This document shows positions 45,890 through 59,148 of a DNA stretch of 64,000 bases, one piece after another. The stretch is taken from positions 24,056,001 to 24,120,000 of the forward strand of contig OZ024758.1 in NCBI GenBank assembly GCA_964016885.1. The letters are read 5' to 3'. Position 1 is the first letter of the stretch. Every line of letters starts with the position of its first letter. The DNA comes from Eledone cirrhosa. Its lineage: Eukaryota. The translations under genes and the position numbers were made by a program. The notes under the pieces are model-generated. The model did not search any database and was not told the origin of the DNA. It saw only the letters and a program-made list of their open reading frames with translations.

Positions 45890-46060
45890 GAGACAATGTT
45901 TCCATTGGTCTTTCCATTGCTGATACTATCTACCGATCGCAACACTCAGCAGAAGGAGCAACGTGAAATAAAGTGTCTTGCTCAAGGACACAACGCATCA
46001 CCCGGTCCGGGAATTGAACTCGCAACCTCACGATTGCGAATCTAACTCGCTAACAACTCA
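45890..46060 (-). mobile_element. CORE-like tRNA SINE fragment
   Basis: GTTCAATTCCCGG B-box and GTGTCCTTGAGCAAGACACTT on the minus strand; related piece at 36770-36880. Confidence 0.6.
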
Positions 46061-46384
46061 GAAGATAGATTGAAGTCGCCTGGCTATCTCCATCATTTTA
46101 TATCTGTCTCTCGCTCTGTCTGTCTGTCTGTCTGTCCACCCGTCCCTCTCTATGTGTCTGTCTGTCCACCCGTCGGTCTTTCTGTCTGTCTCTATCCCAC
46201 TATCAATTTTATATCACCATTCTATCTATCTACCTGTCTATCTATCTACCCCTCTGGGTAATTGCTGGCCTTGTGCCAAACGTAGAAACAATTATCTATT
46301 TTATATCATTTATCTTTCTCTCTCTGATCGATTGACAAGATACCAGACCTCATTCACTTGGGGTGGACCTCGAGTGGGGTGGAC

Positions 46385-46760
46385 CTCCTCATCTTATTTT
46401 ATTTTTATATTTTGTTATTGCCTCCTCCTTATTGAGGACGCCTTTTTGTGTAAACTCCCCCCTTTGTACTTGTCCCACTTTTGATGCCCTAGTGGCAAAT
46501 AAAAGAAACATATCTATCTACCCCTCTCTGTGCTCCTGAGGAGAAGGGCTGCACACTTTTTTCGGGGGTGTGTGCGACCCCCGAAGGCGCCTCCTCTCTA
46601 TTGAGGATTTTGTTATAAATTTTATTTTGTTATATTTTATTTTATTTTTATATTTTGTTATTGCCTTCTCCTTATTGAGGCCGCCATGTTTTGTAAACTC
46701 CCCCCTTTGTACTTGTCCCACTTTTTGATGCCCTGGTGGCAAATAAAAAGAAACATATCT
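46385..46760 (+). mobile_element. Two Tx1/L1-like 3' UTR ends running into (TATC)n
   Basis: TGTAAACTCCCCCTTTGTACTTGTCCC...GTGGCAAATAAAAGAAA resembles the reverse complement of 20256-20320. Confidence 0.55.
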
Positions 46761-46789
46761 ATCTACCTACATAATTCTATGTCCGTCCG

Positions 46790-47232
46790 TCCGTCTATAT
46801 GTCTCTCTGTCTGTCTATATGTCTGTCAGTCTATATGTCTGTCAGTCTATATGTCTGTCTGTCTATATGTCTGTCTGTCTATATGTCTGTCTGTCTATAT
46901 GTCTGTCTGTCTATATGTCTGTCTGTCTATATGTCTGTCTGTCTATATGTCTGTCTGTCTATATGTCTGTCTGTCTATATGTCTGTCTGTCTATATGTCT
47001 GTCTGTCTATATGTCTGTCTGTCTATATGTCTGTCAGTCTATATGTCTGTCAGTCTATATGTCTGTCAGTCTATATGTCTGTCTGTCTATATGTCTGTCT
47101 GTCTATATGTCTGTCTGTCTATATGTCTGTCTGTCTATATGTCTGTCTGTCTATATGTCTGTCTGTCTATATGTCTGTCTGTCTATATGTCTGTCTGTCT
47201 ATATGTCTGTCTGTCTATATGTCTGTCTGTCT
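46790..47232. repeat. 16-bp repeat (TCTGTCTGTCTATATG)n
   Basis: Direct. Confidence 0.95.
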
Positions 47233-47509
47233 GTCCACCCGTTCGTTTCTCTGTCTCCTTGTCTAAATCCCACTATCTATCCATCTATCTATCTACCTAT
47301 CGATCTATATATTTCTCTACTTGTCTATATATATATATATATATATATATGCCTATCTATAGTTTATCAATCTATCGCTCTGTCTGTTTGTCCGCCTGAC
47401 AATAACATATCTATGTCTATCTCCTAAATCTCATTATCAACATGGAATTAAAAACACAATGGAACATTTATAGAGCTTACGTTTAGCTAATTACAAATAT
47501 AGACAGAAA

Positions 47510-49533
47510 GTAATGAAAGCATTAATGGACAGATACAACTGTAATGAAAGCATTAATGGACAGATACAACTGTAATGAAAGCATTAATGGACGGATACAA
47601 CTGTAATGAAAGCATTAATGGACAGATACAACTGTAATGAAAGCATTAATGGACAGATACAACTGTAATGAAAGCATTAATGGACAGATACAACTGTAAT
47701 GAAAGCATTAATGGACGGATACAACTGTAATGAAAGCATTAATGGACGGATACAACTGTAATGAAAGCATTAATGGACAGATACAACTGTAATGAAAGCA
47801 TTAATGGACAGATACAACTGTAATGAAAGCATTAATGGACGGATACAACTGTAATGAAAGCATTAATGGACAGATACAACTGTAATGAAAGCATTAATGG
47901 ACAGATACAACTGTAATGAAAGCATTAATGGACAGATACAACTGTAATGAAAGCATTAATGGACGGATACAACTGTAATGAAAGCATTAATGGACGGATA
48001 CAACTGTAATGAAAGCATTAATGGACGGATACAACTGTAATGAAAGCATTAATGGACAGATACAACTGTAATGAAAGCATTAATGGACGGATACAACTGT
48101 AATGAAAGCATTAATGGACAGATACAACTGTAATGAAAGCATTAATGGACGGATACAACTGTAATGAAAGCATTAATGGACGGATACAACTGTAATGAAA
48201 GCATTAATGGACAGATACAACTGTAATGAAAGCATTAATGGACAGATACAACTGTAATGAAAGCATTAATGGACGGATACAACTGTAATGAAAGCATTAA
48301 TGGACGGATACAACTGTAATGAAAGCATTAATGGACGGATACAACTGTAATGAAAGCATTAATGGACAGATACAACTGTAATGAAAGCATTAATGGACGG
48401 ATACAACTGTAATGAAAGCATTAATGGACGGATACAACTGTAATGAAAGCATTAATGGACAGATACAACTGTAATGAAAGCATTAATGGACGGATACAAC
48501 TGTAATGAAAGCATTAATGGACGGATACAACTGTAATGAAAGCATTAATGGACAGATACAACTGTAATGAAAGCATTAATGGACGGATACAACTGTAATG
48601 AAAGCATTAATGGACGGATACAACTGTAATGAAAGCATTAATGGACAGATACAACTGTAATGAAAGCATTAATGGACGGATACAACTGTAATGAAAGCAT
48701 TAATGGACGGATACAACTGTAATGAAAGCATTAATGGACAGATACAACTGTAATGAAAGCATTAATGGACGGATACAACTGTAATGAAAGCATTAATGGA
48801 CGGATACAACTGTAATGAAAGCATTAATGGACAGATACAACTGTAATGAAAGCATTAATGGACAGATACAACTGTAATGAAAGCATTAATGGACAGATAC
48901 AACTGTAATGAAAGCATTAATGGACGGATACAACTGTAATGAAAGCATTAATGGACGGATACAACTGTAATGAAAGCATTAATGGACGGATACAACTGTA
49001 ATGAAAGCATTAATGGACGGATACAACTGTAATGAAAGCATTAATGGACGGATACAACTGTAATGAAAGCATTAATGGACAGATACAACTGTAATGAAAG
49101 CATTAATGGACAGATACAACTGTAATGAAAGCATTAATGGACGGATACAACTGTAATGAAAGCATTAATGGACGGATACAACTGTAATGAAAGCATTAAT
49201 GGACGGATACAACTGTAATGAAAGCATTAATGGACGGATACAACTGTAATGAAAGCATTAATGGACGGATACAACTGTAATGAAAGCATTAATGGACGGA
49301 TACAACTGTAATGAAAGCATTAATGGACAGATACAACTGTAATGAAAGCATTAATGGACGGATACAACTGTAATGAAAGCATTAATGGACAGATACAACT
49401 GTAATGAAAGCATTAATGGACAGATACAACTGTAATGAAAGCATTAATGGACGGATACAACTGTAATGAAAGCATTAATGGACGGATACAACTGTAATGA
49501 AAGCATTAATGGACGGATACAACTGTAATGAAA
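47510..49533. repeat. 31-bp satellite GTAATGAAAGCATTAATGGAC(A/G)GATACAACT, ~65 copies
   Basis: Direct; only one variable position seen. Confidence 0.97.
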
Positions 49534-49862
49534 TCATCATCCCTTTCTTCATTTCTAAATAATCCTCTAACCATAAAGAAATTAATTGAAATTAATTCCC
49601 TCCCCCATAATCGTAATCTACACCTTCGAAAATGTATCTGGGGGAATTTTCATTAAAGAATATACTTAGTTACCAAAACTGTGAGAAGGAGGAGTCAGGT
49701 AGGTGAGGGCTAAATAAATAGTAATTTATTACAATACTAGCAGTGGTACCCATGGTATTCGCCCTTTAGGGCTTTAGAGGTTGGTAGGTCTGCAGCTTTC
49801 ACCCTGTTCAATAAAGGAGAGAGAAGATCCGAAAGTTCAAAGATTCAACTCATGTCTTTCTC

Positions 49863-50045
49863 AATAATTGTTTCTACTTTAGGCACAAGGCCAGCAATTA
49901 CCCCAGTGCATTACTGGTACTTTATTTTATCGACCCCGTAAGGATGAAAGGCAAAGTCAACCTCGGCGGGATTTGAACTCAGATCGTAAAGGGACGTAAC
50001 TATGCTGGAAAGCATGGCGTCTGACCCTATACCGATACTGCCAAT
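49863..50045 (-). mobile_element. SINE family A with target-site duplication
   Basis: ATGTCTTTCTCAATAAT flanks both sides. Confidence 0.9.
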
Positions 50046-50856
50046 GTCTTTCTCAATAATAATGATATATGTGAAGTGAGATCGATGGTTATATTGGTTT
50101 CTGTGTATTGAATTCTCACAAGTCAATGGGAATCTAACCACTGGCCATTTGTAAAGCGTCTGTTTTGACCTTCAGTGATATTTTAATCCGTTAGTTACCG
50201 TATTTCTAATAAAAAATACTGCCTATGATTTTCAAATAATTTTGAAAATAATCAATACGGAGACATTTTGTAATATAACGAACTTTATAATTATTTAAAT
50301 GGTGTTTGGAACACCAGTATAACTGAGATATACCGCTTAGATTGGCATAGAGAGTCCGCCACTTACTTCCCATTTTATTTTCTTTCACTATTTAGTTGTT
50401 TTTTCTTTCCTTTTCTGTTATTTTATTGCTAATATTATATAAATCGACTGAAATTTGTTGAATAGAATTGATGAAAGAAATTACATAAAATTATGGCGCA
50501 TGGCTTTAAGATAAAAATAAACACTTTGGCATAAATAACCTTCTATTATAGAACCAGGAGCAATTTTTGGCACTTGGCTATCAAAATATTTATAAGAGAA
50601 AAGAAGCTATTGCAATTATCATGTATTCCATCGAGATTATCTCTGTAAATGAAATATACTGCAACCACCAACTGAAACTTTCATGGATTCAACTTGTATG
50701 GAGCTTATCTCTTGTATGGTAATTATTATAAATCGAAAAATGAAATATTAGTTTCTGTTGATCTGCCACAAGGCTCTATATTAAAGTGTTGTAGTTGATA
50801 CACAATTGTATCTCATATCGAATGAATAGAAGTAAACATACAGATACACAAGGTCT

Positions 50857-51730
50857 GAACACAGAGGAGTCGAACTCCCACTGTCATCGCCTCCATCACT
50901 CGCCCTCTCCATCACGCGTACACTAGGTTCGAACACAGAGGAGCCGAACTCCCACTGTCATCGCCTCCATCACTCGCCCTCTCCATCACGCGTACACTAG
51001 GTTCGAACACAGAGGATCCGAACTCCCACTGTCATCTCCTCCATCACTCGCCCTCTCCATCACGCGTACACTAGGTTCGAACACAGAGGAGCCGAACTCC
51101 CACTGTCATCGCCTCCATCACTCGCCCTCTCCATCACACGTACACTAGGTTCGAACACAGAGGAGCCGAACTCCCACTGTCATTGCCTCCATCACTCGCC
51201 CTCTCCATCACGCGTACACTAGGTTCGAACACAGAGGAGCCGAACTCCCACTGTCATTGCCTCCATCACTCGCCCTCTCCATCACGCGTACACTAGGTTC
51301 GAACACAGAGGAGCCGAACTCCCACTATCATTGCCTCCATCACTCGCCCTCGCCATCACACGTACACTAGGTTCGAACACAGAGGATCCGAACTCCCACT
51401 GTCATCGCCTCCATCACTCGCCCTCTCCATCACACGTACACTAGGTTCGAACACAGAGGAGCCGAACTCCCACTATCATTGCCTCCATCACTCGCCCTCT
51501 CCATCGCACGTACAGTAGGTTCGAACACAGAGGAGCCGAACTCCCACTGTCATCGCCTCCATCACTCGCCCACTCCATCGCACGTACAGTAGGTTCGAAC
51601 ACAGAGGAGCCGAACTCCCACTATCATTGCCTCCATCACTCGCCCTCTCCATCGCACGTACAGTAGGTTCGAACACAGAGGAGCCGAACTCCCACTATCA
51701 TTGCCTCCATCTCTCTCGCCCTCTCCATCT
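50857..51730. repeat. 74-bp GC-rich tandem repeat, ~12 copies
   Basis: GAACACAGAGG at 50931, 51005... Confidence 0.95.
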
Positions 51731-51739
51731 CTCACTATT

Positions 51740-51980
51740 ATGAGAAAATGAGTTCCCACGTGCCGGTCGTCCCACGGCTCCGGCGGACAGAATAGAGACA
51801 GCGTTTCCCCGGAGGATGGCGAAGGAGATGCGCTGGAAGAGTCCTTCCACCTGGCGAGGCTCACAGCTGCAGCTAGCCAGCTCAGCGCCTATAATGGTGG
51901 GTAGGGAGGTAGCCCTAGGGCGAAGGGCACAAGAAGTCTCCACTGCCAGGGGCTTGATTGCAAACCTGTCGGAGAGCTAC
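51740..51980 (-). mobile_element. CRE-like RLE non-LTR retrotransposon C-terminal fragment
   Basis: LSDRFAIKPLAVETSCALRPRATSL..IGAELA...EPRQVEGLFQRISFAILRGNAVSIL resembles the CRE-clade P.AVET.G...FQR.S.A..RGNA terminus. Confidence 0.75.
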
Positions 51981-52307
51981 GAGAAGGAAATAGGAAATTG
52001 TAATGTCCATGCGTTTAATAACTTTGGTAATATAAATGGTAATCTAAATGAAATAAAACAACTTCAACTTTGAATTTATTTCTCTGCCTAACGACACAAC
52101 ACGTTGCTCTCGAGAATAAAAGGCACGTGTAATGTGTTGTAGTATGCTTGAAGCATTGTGGAATATGAGATACAAATACGGCTAGGAAATACGACGTTTG
52201 GTTATTTGGAAGCACGATAATGGATGGATGGAAAATCCGAAAATATTTGGGAACATTAAAAATTGCTAAGGTAACTTTCTATAGTCTCACTCTTTTCTCC
52301 CTTTATT

Positions 52308-52762
52308 CAGGACCGGATTTAATGACCAGTAAAGGGGGAAATTGCCTCGGACTGCTGCAACCACTATCTTTACTATCACAATGATATATGCTTGGGCAAT
52401 GTTGAAGAGCGCTCTCCGACGTGCACAAACCTAGATGCATGCAGGGTCGGATATAATGGGGGTAGGACAAAAGGAGGCAATTTCCCTGGGCTCCGTGCAG
52501 TGGTGGCCCCTATCAGCGAGGCCATAGTAATTTATTCGTGCCCTCAGCTGGGCTTTTTAGTTTTAGGATGGTTAAAATGTTTGAATTTAATACATATGTA
52601 TGTATAAATTTTCAATTCCAATTACTTGAGCCAAGCTTACTTTGATATGTAAAATTGGGGGTGGTGGTGGGGTGGATTTGCTGTGTATTATAATTATTTT
52701 GTGTATGAGGGTTCCCCCAAACCTGAAGTTCACCGGGCCATCCCAGGTCTAAATCCAACCAT
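52308..52762. mobile_element. Degraded hAT-like MITE
   Basis: CAGGACCGGATTTA (52308) and CAGGGTCGGATATA (52442) starts; TAAATCCAACCATG end. Confidence 0.45.
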
Positions 52763-53168
52763 GCCTCTACCTTTTATTACCTTAGCATCTTTACCAAATA
52801 CATGTATCATTGAAATATTTATATTTCCAGTATATTTGTTCATATTTCCAATTTAGAAATTGGAAATTTGCTTTCTCCGATTGAATTTCTTATTACGTCA
52901 ACAAGTAATATATACAGTTTCCTGGTCTTGATTGACCTTTAACAGAAATATTGCAGTTATTCAATTGAAATTGAAATATATTTCTACTTAGTAATTGAAC
53001 AGTAAATGTATATTTACATCTTTTAAATCAAATATTTGTACAGATACATAAACTTAGTAAAAGTGAGCTGTCATATGTATATTAAGTTCATAAAAAGAAA
53101 TGTTCGTTCCATTAAAAGTCTGAATTTAAGTAATAATGGCTGCGAGGAGAAGAAAATATAATGTCCTA

Positions 53169-53862
53169 ACATTTTAACCACTTTGCTTTCGATATCTTCA
53201 AAAATAATAGAAAAACTTTATAAATATATTCTTGGTCTTTTACAAGCTCAGGTCAATTGCTATAATTCATTTCTCGTTTATTTAATGAAATGTATGTATG
53301 TATGCTCATGTAACATCTGATAGAGTCGTATGGGCGCCATATTGATATACGGCGTTTCTTGAGCATTTTAAGTCTGGCGGAGCCCATGACTCTCCATGTC
53401 TGAGTACAGTAGATTTTTCAGGGAGAGGAAGAATAGACCCCAGTACTAGACTAGTACTTTTTTATCGACCCCGAAACCCCAGTACTAGACTAATACTTTT
53501 TTATCGACCCCGAAACCCCAGTACTAGACTAGTACTTTTTTATCGACCCCGAAACCCCAGTACTAGACTAGTACTTTTTTATCGACCCCGAAACCCCAGT
53601 ACTAGACTAGTAGTTTTATCGACCCCGAAACCCCAGTACTAGACTAGTACTTTTTTATCGACCCCGAAACCCCAGTACTAGACTAGTACTTTTTTATCAA
53701 CCCCGAAACCCCAGTACTAGACTAGTACTTTTTTTATCGACCCCGAAAGGATGAAAAGCAAAATTGACCTCGGCGGGATTTGAACTCAGAGATCAGAGAG
53801 CCGGAACAAATACCATAAAGCATTCTATCCGACGCTCTAACGACTGAAAATTTCGCCGCCTA
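53169..53862 (-). mobile_element. SINE B plus ~125-bp flank duplicated from 1261-1770, with an internal ~38-bp tandem (53438-53745)
   Basis: ACATTTTAACCACTTTGCTTTC... near-identical at 1261 and 53169. Confidence 0.85.
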
Positions 53863-54740
53863 TTTAATTAAATAAGCTAAGTAACAGATAAATAGACCTC
53901 CGTCGGATTCAACGATGAGTCTTTCAGAAGTTCCATTAATAGAACAGCCTGCTCGTGAATTTTTAATTATCGTACAAATGGCTACGCATCCCGTAGACAT
54001 CTATACAGTTGATGTAATTCTCAGGGAGATTCAGCATGGCTCAGTGCATGATAAATCAAGTCTGTCAATTTGAATCACAGCTACAGTCTATCCACATCAA
54101 AATGGCCTCAGAACAGTTTCCGTCTACCAAATTTTACTCATAATACTTCGATCAACTCGAGGCAATAGTAAATGACACTTGCCTAAGATGCCACGCAGTG
54201 GAATGGAACACGGAACCTTATGATTGAGAAATGAACCTCATAACCATTCAGCCAAACTGCATCCCAAACTAGGATAATTATATTGAATTAAACCAAATTC
54301 AATTATGAATAAGTTCATCTCTTTTAATGGGAATGATTACTATTTGCGGTGCAGAAATTAACCTACGTTTAAATTGAGTTTACAGTAAATTTCAAATTAA
54401 CCTCAAGTCAATTTCAAGCCGAATATTATTATTTGAATTATATGAAGTATCGAAATTAGAATTTTAATAAGTTCCCTCATTAAAGTGTAATGCGTTACAG
54501 AAGGCGGTGAGATTGATAACTCTTTACCTTACAAAGAAACCATTGAAGCTTCGTCTTTGTGCAGTGTATATATTACTCTTTTACCTGTTTCAGCCATCCG
54601 GCTGAGGCCATGCTGGGGCATATATATATATACATAATAATTTAGTAGAGATGGCTTAAGGTCCTAACGTTGAGCTATTTCCAGCACACCCGTTGGCCTG
54701 TACATTTGCCAGATAATATGATTAATATTTCATGTATAGA

Positions 54741-54923
<183 letters not shown>

Positions 54924-54924
54924 C

Positions 54925-55455
54925 TGTTTTGAATTTGTTTTGAGAGATTACTTATCTGAAAACGTGTGTTGAAACAGATATTGTTATACTTTGGGAGGGT
55001 CATGCTGCCAATAAAAACACACGCACCTGTTGGTTTTCACTTCAATTTCTTATAAGTTTCCGGTTGGTTGGTCGGTTGGTTCGATAACCGGAAGTTTGTT
55101 TATATATTGTCAAAGCTCTTTCGTCACACATTCTGTGACCTCCTCAGTGACTAGATTTTTATTTTGTGTCTCCCCTTTGTTCTGTCCTACACCATCTTGT
55201 TTTTGTGCTTGCTGTGTGCTTAGTTTGCGCATGCGTACATCTGTGTTTTTATTTATTTATTTATGTGTTTATTTACTTGTCACTAGTTGGTTGGTTGTTA
55301 TATCTGTGTGTCTGATTTGTTTTGTTAGTTTTGGTTTTTGTGTGTCGTGATGTCTTCGTTTTGTCCTTAATTACTAGTTGTAATGTTGCTATTTCACTAG
55401 GACTGAACATAGGAGGGACACAAGATAAAAACCTCGTCACTGAGGAGGTGACATA
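54925..55455 (-). mobile_element. Older PLE pLTR related to 26388-26900, with a short inverted piece at ~55410-55455
   Basis: CGTGTGTTGAAACAGATATTGTTATACTTTGGGAGGGTCAT matches 26428-26467; hammerhead at the equivalent position. Confidence 0.75.
55109..55151 (-). ncRNA. Type-I hammerhead ribozyme
   Basis: gtca CTGAGGA g GTCACA gaatg TGTGAC GAAAG ag CT T tgac. Confidence 0.8.
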
Positions 55456-55459
55456 TTAT

Positions 55460-56640
55460 AACGGTAACTAGATGTTTGATGACATAAAATGAAAGTAACC
55501 AGATGTTTGATGGAATAATATAAAAGTAACTAGATGTTTGATGGAATAATATAAAAGTAACTAGATGTTTGATGGAATAAAATGAAACTAACTAGATGTT
55601 TGATGAAATAATATGAAACTAACTAGATGTTTGATGAAATAATATGAAACTAACTAAATGTTTGATGAAATAATATGAAACTAACTAGATGTTTGATGAA
55701 ATAATATGAAACTAACTAGATGTTTGATGGAATAAAATTAAACTAACTAAATGTTTGATGAAATAATATGAATCTAACTAGATGTTTGATGAAATAAAAT
55801 GAAACTAACTAGATGTTTGATGAAATAAAATGAAACTAACTAGATGTTTGATGAAATAAAATGAAACTAACTAAATGTTTGATGAAATATGAAACTAACT
55901 AGATGTTTGATGAAATAAAATGAAACTAACTAGATGTTTGATGAAATAAAATGAAACTAACTAGATGTTTGATGAAATAAAATGAAACTAACTAAATGTT
56001 TGATGAAATAAAATGAAACTAACTAAATGTTTGATGAAATAATATGAAACTAACTAGATGTTTGATGAAATAAAATGAAACTAACTAGATGTTTGATGAA
56101 ATAATATGAAACTAACTAGATGTTTGATGGAATAAAATTAAACTAACTAAATGTTTGATGAAATAATATGAATCTAACTAGATGTTTGATGAAATAAAAT
56201 GAAACTAACTAGATGTTTGATGAAATAAAATGAAACTAACTAGATGTTTGATGAAATAAAATGAAACTAACTAAATGTTTGATGAAATATGAAACTAACT
56301 AGATGTTTGATGAAATAAAATGAAACTAACTAGATGTTTGATGAAATAAAATGAAACTAACTAGATGTTTGATGAAATAAAATGAAACTAACTAAATGTT
56401 TGATGAAATAAAATGAAACTAACTAAATGTTTGATGAAATAATATGAAACTAACTAGATGTTTGATGAAATAAAATGAAACTAACTAGATGTTTGATGAA
56501 ATAATATGAAACTAACTAGATGTTTGATGAAATAAAATGAAACTAACTAGATGTTTGATGAAATAAAATGAAACTAACTAGATGTTTGATGAAATAATAT
56601 GAAACTAACTAGATGTTTGATGAAATAATATAAAAGTAAT
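55460..56640. repeat. 31-bp satellite AACTAGATGTTTGATGAAATAAAATGAAACT, ~37 copies with higher-order duplication
   Basis: Direct. Confidence 0.95.
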
Positions 56641-57536
56641 CAGATTCAAACAGTTGTGACTTTCTAGAGAGATTGTGAACTGAATGACATAGAAAGATGT
56701 CTTAGAATCAATGCCAAAAATGGAAAATATACAGAGTATCAAATGTTAACATCTGAAGAAAATTGTACGTTGTTCGATACTTTCGCGGCCTCGTTCGCGG
56801 GGCGCAGCCTCTTTACCGCCGCCCCAGGTCTAGAGCCCAATCAGACACTTCCTCTTCCTCCCCATTCTTCTGTGACACGAGTCCTAGCCATTCCCTCCCT
56901 TTCCTGTTTTTTCTTTCCCTATTTTACATTACATTCTTTCTTCCCAATCCTGTTTTCTTTTTCTATTAAACTGTATTGACATGATATATTCCATAAATTA
57001 TTACTAATATATTTCTATTTCTAGTAAAACCTAGTTTGAGCTAGGGACGAAAAGTCAATCTGCTGGTGTCTTGTGACAGCGACTCAATTTCAATTCTCAC
57101 GAATATAAATTTCCCTTCACTTACGCTACTAATGTTCTTGAATAAAGAATGGCAATCATATCTTATTTCACTGTTTTCCCTAATATAGGATGCTGTTGTG
57201 TCTATTTAAAATATTTTCAACCTATAGTATTGTTTTGCTTGTCACAACATACATTTATATACTTCAGTCTTAAAAATGGAACCACACATTTGGTAGTGTG
57301 ATCCTCGATACGAAACATTTAGAAATAAAAAGACATGATTGTCACGACTGGGTTGTCCTTGATTAGAGATCAGCTTCATCAAGTTGATCTCGGTTTAAAC
57401 AACAACAATGACATAATTCCAATAATATAAATTATAGATACAGACTAGAAAATATCTTATTTTCACAAACATCGTAATTCTCTCAAACTTCAATTCTTTC
57501 GACCAACACAATGGTTAACGTTTGAAAGATATAGTG

Positions 57537-59148
57537 TACGAGGGTTGGCTGACCAAGATACTCTCATGGAATGACCAAATGAGGTTTATTTTTCAACATA
57601 GTCCCGGAAAGAAATAATGCAGTTAAAAATTCATAGGCTCACCAAGATACCCTCATGGAATGACCAAATGAGGTTTATTTTTCAACATAGTCCCCGGAAA
57701 GAAATAATGCAGTTAAAAATTCATAGGCTCACCAAGATACCCTCATGGAATGACCAAATGAGGTTTATTTTTCAACATAGTCCCGGAAAGAAATAATGCA
57801 GTTAAAAATTCATAGGCTGACCAAGATACTCTCATGGAATGACAAAATGAGGTTTATTTTTCAACATAGTACCCGGAAAGAAATAATGCAGTTAAAAATT
57901 CATAGGCTCACCAAGATACCCCCATGGAATGACCAAATGAGGTTTATTTTTCAACATAGTCCCCGGAAAGAAATAATGCAGTTAAAAATTCATAGGCTCA
58001 CCAAGATACCCTCATGGAATGACCAAATGAGGTTTATTTTTCAACATAGTCCCCGGAAAGAAATAATGCAGTTAAAAATTCATAGGCTCACCAAGATACC
58101 CTCATGGAATGACCAAATGAGGTTTATTTTTCAACATAGTCCCCGGAAAGAAATAATGCAGTTAAAAATTCATAGGCTCACCAAGATACCCTCATGGAAT
58201 GACCAAATGAGGTTTATTTTTCAACATAGTCCCCGGAAAGAAATAATGCAGTTAAAAATTCATAGGCTCACCAAGATACCCTCATGGAATGACCAAATGA
58301 GGTTTATTTTTCAACATAGTCCCCGGAAAGAAATAATGCAGTTAAAAATTCATAGGCTCACCAAGATACCCTCATGGAATGACCAAATGAGGTTTATTTT
58401 TCAACATAGTCCCCGGAAAGAAATAATGCAGTTAAAAATTCATAGGCTCACCAAGATACCCTCATGGAATGACCAAATGAGGTTTATTTTTCAACATAGT
58501 CCCCGGAAAGAAATAATGCAGTTAAAAATTCATAGGCTCACCAAGATACCCTCATGGAATGACCAAATGAGGTTTATTTTTCAACATAGTCCCCGGAAAG
58601 AAATAATGCAGTTAAAAATTCATAGGCTCACCAAGATACCCTCATGGAATGACCAAATGAGGTTTATTTTTCAACATAGTACCCGGAAAGAAATAATGCA
58701 GTTAAAAATTCATAGGCTCACCAAGATACTCTCATGGAATGACAACATGAGGTTTATTTTTCAACATAGTACCCGGAAAGAAATAATGCAGTTAAAAATT
58801 CATAGGCTCACCAAGATACTCTCATGGAATGACAAAATGAGGTTTATTTTTCAACATAGTACCCGGAAAGAAATAATGCAGTTAAAAATTCATAGGCTGA
58901 CCAAGATACTCTCATGGAATGACAAAATGAGGTTTATTTTTCAACATAGTCCCCGGAAAGAAATAATGCAGTTAAAAATTCATAGGCTCACCAAGATACT
59001 CTCATGGAATGACAAAATGAGGTTTATTTTTCAACATAGTCTTTAGAAAGAAAAAAAATGCAGTTATTAATAAGAAACATTTGAAATTAATGTATGCAGG
59101 CATCACTCCTTCAGAGCCAGCTTATTACCTTTTTAGCCGACCCTCGTA
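57537..59148. mobile_element. Mariner-type MITE inflated by an internal 90-bp tandem array (~16 copies)
   Basis: Ends TACGAGGGTTGGCT and AGCCGACCCTCGTA; the unit matches the family end seen at 2045-2104. Confidence 0.8.

Noticed and set aside
57796-59046. 416-aa repeat protein as a CDS
   Set aside because: It lies inside a MITE-derived 90-bp satellite; upstream units are frameshifted and there is no recognisable domain
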